Positions 43,855 through 48,402 of a DNA stretch of 48,402 nt are shown one piece after another. Origin of the DNA: Thermoplasmata archaeon. GTDB lineage: Archaea > Thermoplasmatota > Thermoplasmata > RBG-16-68-12. The notes below the pieces were generated by a model. It was not told the DNA's origin, did not search any database, and was given only the letters and a program-made list of their open reading frames with translations. The position numbers and the translations under genes were made by a program. Position 1 is the first letter of the stretch, and every line of letters begins with the position of its first letter. The DNA lies in contig DASQXV010000082.1 in the NCBI GenBank assembly GCA_035639595.1, forward strand, positions 1 through 48,402. The letters are read 5' to 3'.

Positions 43855-45222
43855 ATGGTGAAGCGCCTGGAAGACCTGGCGCCGCAGGGCCTCCTGGATC
43901 GCGCCCGGAAGGCGGCGGAGCTCGTCGATGGCGTCTCGCGGGTCCGCGTCTTCTGCCACTACGACCCGGACGGCACGACCTCCGCCTCGATCCTTGCGAG
44001 GGCCCTCATGCGCCGCGGGAAGAGGTTCCACGCATCGATGGCCCACGCGCTCGACCGCAATTCCGCGGCGCGGCTCAAGGAAGAGACGAACGAGCTCCTG
44101 ATCGTGAGCGACATGGGGTCCGCCCAGCTCGACCTCCTGGAAGGCCTCCCCTACCCCGTGATCGTCCTCGACCACCACAAGCCCCTGCGCGACTCGAGCA
44201 AGGTCGCCCACGTGAACCCGCACCTCGCGGGCGTCGATGGGGCGCGGGCGATGTGCGGGGCCACGACGACCTGGCTGTTCTCCCTCCTCCTGGACGACGC
44301 GAACTGGGACCTCGCGGGGATCGCCGCGGCGGGGGCGATCGGCGACAAGCAGGCTCTCGGCGGCTACACCGGCGTTAACGCCGCCCTGTTCGGAGAGGCG
44401 GTCGACCGCAAGGTCCTCGTCCCGGAGCGGCGGCTCGCGTTGCGGGATCTCCCGCTGAAGAAGGCGGTCGCCCAGTCCATCGAACCGTACTTCCGCGGGC
44501 TCTCCGGCCGGCCGGACGCCGCGGCGGACTTCCTCCGCGGCCTCGGCCTCGATCCCGAGACCGCGGTGCGGCAGCTCGGGCCCGAGGACCGTCGCAAGCT
44601 CACCTCCGCGCTCGCGCTGCGGCTCCTCGAGCAAGGGTCCGCGCCGGAAGCCCTCGAGGTCCTCGTCGAGGACCGCTACTGGATCGAGCCGAACCAGATG
44701 TACGCCCAAGACCTCGAGGCGCTCGTGAACAGCTGCGATCGGCTCGGGCAGGAAGGGCTCGGCATGGCGGTCTGCCTCGGCGACGGGGAGGCGCTCCGGA
44801 AAGCGGAGAAGCTCCTGGGGGACTACACGACGAACGTCCTCGGGGTCCTCGCGGGCCTCGAGTCGAAGGGGCTCTTCGCAAAGAAGCACATCCAGTTCTT
44901 CTACGCGGACGACGCGAGCCTCGCCGGATCGATTGCGGGGACCGGGATGCTCTTCTTCTTCGACCAGTCGAAGCCCACCCTCGGGCTGAGCGTCCTCGAC
45001 GCCGTGACGAAGGTCTCCGCGCGGGCGACGCGCGGGTTGGTCGCCGCGGGCGTGGACCTCGCGGTCGCCTTGCGGGACGCCGCGGCCGAGGTCGACGGGA
45101 ACGGCGGCGGGCACAACATCGCCTCGGGAGCGACGGTCCCCAAGGGGAAGGAGGACAAGTTCCTCACCCTGGTCGATGAAGGGATCGGCCGACAGCTCGC
45201 GGCCGCGTCGAAGCCTCAGTAG
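43855..45222 (+). CDS. DHH/DHHA1 phosphoesterase, archaeal RecJ-like (GAN/Cdc45-type)
   Basis: ATG 43855. VFCHYDPDGTTSASIL, SDMG, VLDHH and GGGHNIASGA motifs. The S15-RecJ-like adjacency is a common archaeal arrangement. Confidence 0.85.
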   Translation: MVKRLEDLAPQGLLDRARKAAELVDGVSRVRVFCHYDPDGTTSASILARALMRRGKRFHASMAHALDRNSAARLKEETNELLIVSDMGSAQLDLLEGLPYPVIVLDHHKPLRDSSKVAHVNPHLAGVDGARAMCGATTTWLFSLLLDDANWDLAGIAAAGAIGDKQALGGYTGVNAALFGEAVDRKVLVPERRLALRDLPLKKAVAQSIEPYFRGLSGRPDAAADFLRGLGLDPETAVRQLGPEDRRKLTSALALRLLEQGSAPEALEVLVEDRYWIEPNQMYAQDLEALVNSCDRLGQEGLGMAVCLGDGEALRKAEKLLGDYTTNVLGVLAGLESKGLFAKKHIQFFYADDASLAGSIAGTGMLFFFDQSKPTLGLSVLDAVTKVSARATRGLVAAGVDLAVALRDAAAEVDGNGGGHNIASGATVPKGKEDKFLTLVDEGIGRQLAAASKPQ

Positions 45223-45803
45223 GAGTCGAGGAGCCGGCTCACCTCGCGGGCCTCGAGGTCCGTCCGGAGGGCGGGGGACTCCAGGACCTTCAGGTTCCGC
45301 TCGAGCAGGGCGAGCTCCTTCTCCTCGAGGGTCTCCGGGCTCACCGGAAGGACGATGATCGCTCGGCGTTGCATCACGAACTCGTTCACATGCTCGACGA
45401 ACATGAGGGTCTGCAGGAACCCGTTGTTGATGATCAGGTACTCCAGGCCGTCCAGGAGGATGACGCCCTCGCCGTTGTTGTCCTCGATGAATTTCTGGAT
45501 CACCTTCGCGAGCGTCCCGATCGCGGTCGGGTTGTGGAAATCCTCGCCAGGCGTGTGACTGAGCCAGATCACGCGGACGTCTGACAGGCCGCGCTCCCGG
45601 CGCACCCTCTCCGGATACTGCCGCGTGATGCACAGCCCCGGGATCTTCTGGGCCACGAGGGTCTCGAAAAGCCGGTAGCTCAGCTCCGGTTTCTTCTCCT
45701 TCACGAGATAGCAGACGCCCTTCTCCATGTCGATGGGCATGCCCGTACGGGCCGACTCAGCCTCGGTGCCCATCGCCTGTTCCTGGGGTTGCACCCATCC
45801 CAT
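45216..45803 (-). CDS. DUF835 domain protein
   Basis: GLCITRQYPERV...VIWLS...VILLDGLEYLIINNGF...FVEHVNEFV fits my memory of DUF835. GGAGG 6 nt upstream of the ATG at 45803. 18 nt downstream of orc1/cdc6. Confidence 0.7.
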   Translation of the reverse strand: MGWVQPQEQAMGTEAESARTGMPIDMEKGVCYLVKEKKPELSYRLFETLVAQKIPGLCITRQYPERVRRERGLSDVRVIWLSHTPGEDFHNPTAIGTLAKVIQKFIEDNNGEGVILLDGLEYLIINNGFLQTLMFVEHVNEFVMQRRAIIVLPVSPETLEEKELALLERNLKVLESPALRTDLEAREVSRLLDSY

Positions 45804-45821
45804 CGTCTTCCTCCATAGAAC

Positions 45822-46991
45822 CTATCGCCGCTTCAAGCTTCGTTCGAGATTATCAGCCAAGGCTTTCGCCGGGATTTCCGGGAGGGAGATGAGGGTCGTC
45901 TTGCCGACCTCGCCCTTCCCGCTGAGCTTCGTGTCGATGAGTCCGAGGGCGTCGAGCTCCTTGACGTACTTCCAGAACTGCGTGTGGGCCCGCGGCTTCG
46001 CGTCGAACTCCTCGCAGACGACCGCGTAGGCATTCTCGGCGTCGCCCATCGTGATGTACGCCTTCTTCCGGCTCTTCCGCGCGATGGACAACAGGACGAG
46101 TTTCTTCGGGACGTCGAGGTTGCCCAGCCGCTCTTGGACGTCGATCGGGTGGACGTGGGCTTTCGCGCCGCGGACGTGTTCCGGCGCGACCTCCTCCGCC
46201 CCCTCTTCGTCCGCGAGCATCCCGGCCTTCTCCAGGAGTTCGATTGAGTACCGGGCGTCGCCGAACTCGGACGCGATGTCCGCGATCAGCTCGACGAGGT
46301 CCTCGTCCACGGTGCCCGGATGCATCGCGAGCGCGACCCTCGACCGGACGATGTCCTCGAGCTCCTTCCGATCGTACCGCGGGAACTCGACCACGTTCGT
46401 GCGCCGGAACGTGCTCAGGGCCGCCGCGTCCATGTACTCGAGCGCGTTCGGCCGCTGGGAGATCAGGATCATGGAGATGTTCCCCTTCGCCGCGGTCGCC
46501 TCCTCCGCGATGCGCGCGAAGGAATAGATCAGGTCCGCGCCGCTCTTCTTCAGGAGGGCGTCCACCTCGTCCAGGATCACGATGAAGTGGAGCTTGTGCT
46601 TCTCGAGGTGCTTCCGGAGGCTCTCCAGCTTCTCCGCGATCGAGAAGCCCCGCTCCGGGAAGTGGGAGTCGAAATGCTGGAGGAGCCGCAGGAGGACCGC
46701 GTCGTCGCCCATTCGCTGACGGCAATTGACGAGGTCCCAATCGACCGCGCGGTCCGATTCCCCCGCGTACTTCTTGAAGTCCAGGCAGAACCGCTTCGCG
46801 GTATGGGTCTTGCCCGTGCCGACGGCCCCGTAGAGGAAGGCGTTGCTCGAGGCCCCCGCTTCGACGATCGGCCGGAGCAGGCTGAACAGCCGCTGGGTCT
46901 GCGCCTCCCGGTGGACCATCTTGTCCGGAAGGTAGTCGAACGACAGCTTCCCCTGGTCTTTGAAGACCGAGGGGCCCGCATGGAACGACAC
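45822..46991 (-). CDS. cdc6: Orc1/Cdc6 replication initiator
   Basis: LSFDYLPDKMVHREAQ, Walker A YGAVGTGKTH, Walker B FIVILDEVD, C-terminal winged helix. GTG 46991 (MSFHAGPSVFKDQ) lies ~30 nt downstream of an AT-rich box (47016-47027). The maximal ORF reaches 47159. Confidence 0.9.
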   Translation of the reverse strand: MSFHAGPSVFKDQGKLSFDYLPDKMVHREAQTQRLFSLLRPIVEAGASSNAFLYGAVGTGKTHTAKRFCLDFKKYAGESDRAVDWDLVNCRQRMGDDAVLLRLLQHFDSHFPERGFSIAEKLESLRKHLEKHKLHFIVILDEVDALLKKSGADLIYSFARIAEEATAAKGNISMILISQRPNALEYMDAAALSTFRRTNVVEFPRYDRKELEDIVRSRVALAMHPGTVDEDLVELIADIASEFGDARYSIELLEKAGMLADEEGAEEVAPEHVRGAKAHVHPIDVQERLGNLDVPKKLVLLSIARKSRKKAYITMGDAENAYAVVCEEFDAKPRAHTQFWKYVKELDALGLIDTKLSGKGEVGKTTLISLPEIPAKALADNLERSLKRR

Positions 46992-47015
46992 GACCGATAC
47001 GAACGCACCAGTCGT

Positions 47016-47027
47016 GAATAATCTTTG
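47016..47027. promoter_or_regulatory. AT-rich box between divergent orc1/cdc6 and the J-domain gene
   Basis: GAATAATCTTTG. Its centre is ~30 nt from orc1 GTG 46991 (minus). On the plus strand it is followed by GGAGGGG and GTG 47074. Confidence 0.4.
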
Positions 47028-47073
47028 CCGTGCGGACCCGAAAGACCATCCGGAGGGGTTCCTTGGTGGCGGC

Positions 47074-47439
47074 GTGGCGGACCGGTTCTTCTGCTTCGCC
47101 TGCGGCCGCGACCACCGGGGCGGGACCGCGATCGGGCGGGACCACAAGCGGTACAGCATCGAGGGCGGCCACGAGTCCGGCGGGATCTTCTCCGACCTGC
47201 GGGAGTTCTACGTGCAAACGAAGGGAATCGCCGCCGCCCTTCGGATCCTCGGCTTCGAGGACGTCCGGGTCCAGCCGCCGCGCTTCGGCCGCGGCTGGCC
47301 CTCCGAGGCCGCGATCGAATCCGCGTATCGTGTGCGGGCGCGCCGATTCCATCCGGATCGAGGGGGCGACCCCGACGAGTTCCGGAAGGTCCAGTGGGCG
47401 ATCGAGGTCTTGCGGCGTTATCGACCTCCGGATCTGTGA
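47074..47439 (+). CDS. small J-domain protein with CxxC/His-rich N-terminus
   Basis: LRILGF...SEAAIESAYRVRARRFHPDRGGDPDEFRKVQWAIEVL has the J-domain helix II-HPD-helix III pattern (HPD at 47350-47358). GTG 47074 is preceded by GGAGGGG. The ORF opens at TTG 46960 and GTG 47014 is also possible, so the start is uncertain. Confidence 0.6.
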   Translation: MADRFFCFACGRDHRGGTAIGRDHKRYSIEGGHESGGIFSDLREFYVQTKGIAAALRILGFEDVRVQPPRFGRGWPSEAAIESAYRVRARRFHPDRGGDPDEFRKVQWAIEVLRRYRPPDL

Positions 47440-47607
47440 CCTGGGTTTCGCAAACTTTAATCGGCCTGAGAACCGTTCGATTCCGCCGGAGGGCCGCGCA
47501 CGCCCAACCAGGTCGAAAATGTTCTGTCCGTCCTGCCGGAGGATGTCCTCGCCGAGCTTGCCCGAGCCCGCGGCATCGACCCGGACGGCTACCGCGACCG
47601 CGGCTCC

Positions 47608-48402
47608 GTGGTGGCCGCGTTGGCGGCACTCCCGGATGCCGAGAACCTTGTGGCCGAGGCGGACCGGCGGCGCATCGCCTACCGCCTGGAGCAGCTACGG
47701 CCCCGGCAGCTGCGGGACCTCGGGGTGCGCCACGGGGTGAGCCTCCGCGGCCTGCGGCGGAAGTCGGACCTCGTCGACGCCCTTGCGACGGCTGCCGAAT
47801 CCCCCGCAATCCTTCTGGAACTCGAGGCGGGAGTCCGCGCGGCGCGGGACGCGAGCCGGATCCTGGACCGCGAAACGAGCGTCGACTTCGACCGCGTCGA
47901 GGACCTGCTGAACCAGGCGAGGCGGCGGTTCCAGGAGCGCCGCTTCGACGCCGCCTTGACGGCCGCGCAGGAGGCCTCGCGGATTGCCGAGCGGACGACG
48001 GAACAGTTGCGGCGCGCCTCCTGGTCGTACGCGGTCCTCGCGGCCCAAGGCCTCCTGGAGCCGTGCGACCCTGCGGACCCGGAGACCGCGGAGGCCCGGT
48101 CCCTGCTCGAGAAGGCACGGGAGGCGTTCTTCCACGGTTCCGTCGTCGACGATGCCCTGCTGCGGGAGCTCGTGCGGACCGCGGAATCGGCCCACCGCAG
48201 GGAGGCGGAACGGGTGCAGGAAGCCCTCGCCGTCACGCGAGATGCGATCCGGGAAGCGTCCAACCTCGGGGCGTCCGTCGCCTTCGCGGAAGATGCCTGG
48301 AGGCGGGGGACGGACTTCCTCGATCGGGACCGGCTCGCCGCGGCCCGCGAGAGCTTTGTCGAGGCCGGACAGCGAACCGAGGACGCCCGACGCCGGCGGC
48401 TG
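47608..48402 (+). CDS. helical protein with SAP/HeH-like motif(s), partial (runs off the right edge)
   Basis: The frame is open from 47470 to the window end with protein-like composition (LRPRQLRDLGVRHGVSLRGLRRKSDLVDALA, then long Ala/Arg/Glu helices). The first canonical in-frame start is GTG 47608. Not in the ORF track because no stop is reached. Confidence 0.6.
   Translation, partial: MVAALAALPDAENLVAEADRRRIAYRLEQLRPRQLRDLGVRHGVSLRGLRRKSDLVDALATAAESPAILLELEAGVRAARDASRILDRETSVDFDRVEDLLNQARRRFQERRFDAALTAAQEASRIAERTTEQLRRASWSYAVLAAQGLLEPCDPADPETAEARSLLEKAREAFFHGSVVDDALLRELVRTAESAHRREAERVQEALAVTRDAIREASNLGASVAFAEDAWRRGTDFLDRDRLAAARESFVEAGQRTEDARRRRL

Noticed and set aside
46992-47073. Replication origin directly upstream of orc1/cdc6
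   Set aside because: The spacer is only 82 bp with a single 12-bp AT box. I could not find repeated ORB-like elements or an extended AT-rich unwinding region by eye. Left as an open question in the findings rather than called as a feature.
43810-48118. Long minus- and plus-strand ORFs (43810..45633, 45853..47352, 46577..48118, 46320..47021) overlapping RecJ-like, DUF835, Orc1 and the edge ORF
   Set aside because: All are Arg/Pro/Gly-rich with no recognisable motifs, and each overlaps a gene with canonical motifs in another frame.
1-48402. CRISPR arrays, rRNA/tRNA genes, transposases, integrases and terminal inverted repeats
   Set aside because: No regularly spaced direct repeats, no structured RNA genes in the short intergenic regions, and no recombinase-like ORFs. 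The only repeats seen are the intragenic duplication at 2149-2527 and the low-complexity P/E tract.

Overview
GC-rich, very tightly packed chromosomal segment that is clearly archaeal. It contains Orc1/Cdc6, fibrillarin, archaeal-type ribosomal protein S15, a RecJ/GAN-type DHH phosphoesterase, a group II chaperonin-like protein, an HTH_10 (Bat-type) regulator, Lrp/AsnC and DUF835. Many genes also have an AT-rich TATA-like box about 25-30 nt upstream of the start codon, which fits leaderless transcripts. I call 56 protein-coding regions (one probably frameshifted, two partial at the window edges) plus a few candidate regulatory elements. I found no rRNA, tRNA, CRISPR array, transposase or integrase. 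Coordinates ~1-35000 are mostly transport and small-molecule metabolism: two MFS transporters; a PotBCD-like ABC importer fused in operon to a class III aminotransferase, with its ATPase 8 kb away; a pxpB-pxpC-pxpA-BCCP operon next to biotin carboxylase and BioY; and an agmatinase/APC permease/C-N hydrolase group. Coordinates ~37000-48402 are an information-processing neighbourhood: fibrillarin, SAM methyltransferase, S15, RecJ-like, DUF835, Orc1/Cdc6. The best candidate for an undescribed system is a translationally coupled three-gene TPR operon (37095-41811). Its products carry a Zn ribbon plus HhH motifs, an endonuclease-III-like Cys4 spacing, and a SAP/HeH-like motif plus basic tail. The SAP/HeH-like motif recurs in a partial ORF beside Orc1 and a mini J-domain protein. 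Other items worth a second look: a chaperonin-like paralogue with degenerate ATP motifs, a cupredoxin whose two halves appear in reversed order, a tandem-duplicated secreted protein, a frameshifted RHH gene in an AT-rich island, two palindromic operator-like sites, and three convergent gene pairs that share a CTAG as overlapping stop codons. All functional calls come from reading motifs in the supplied translations; no database search was run. The many long ORFs in other frames are treated as high-GC shadow ORFs.
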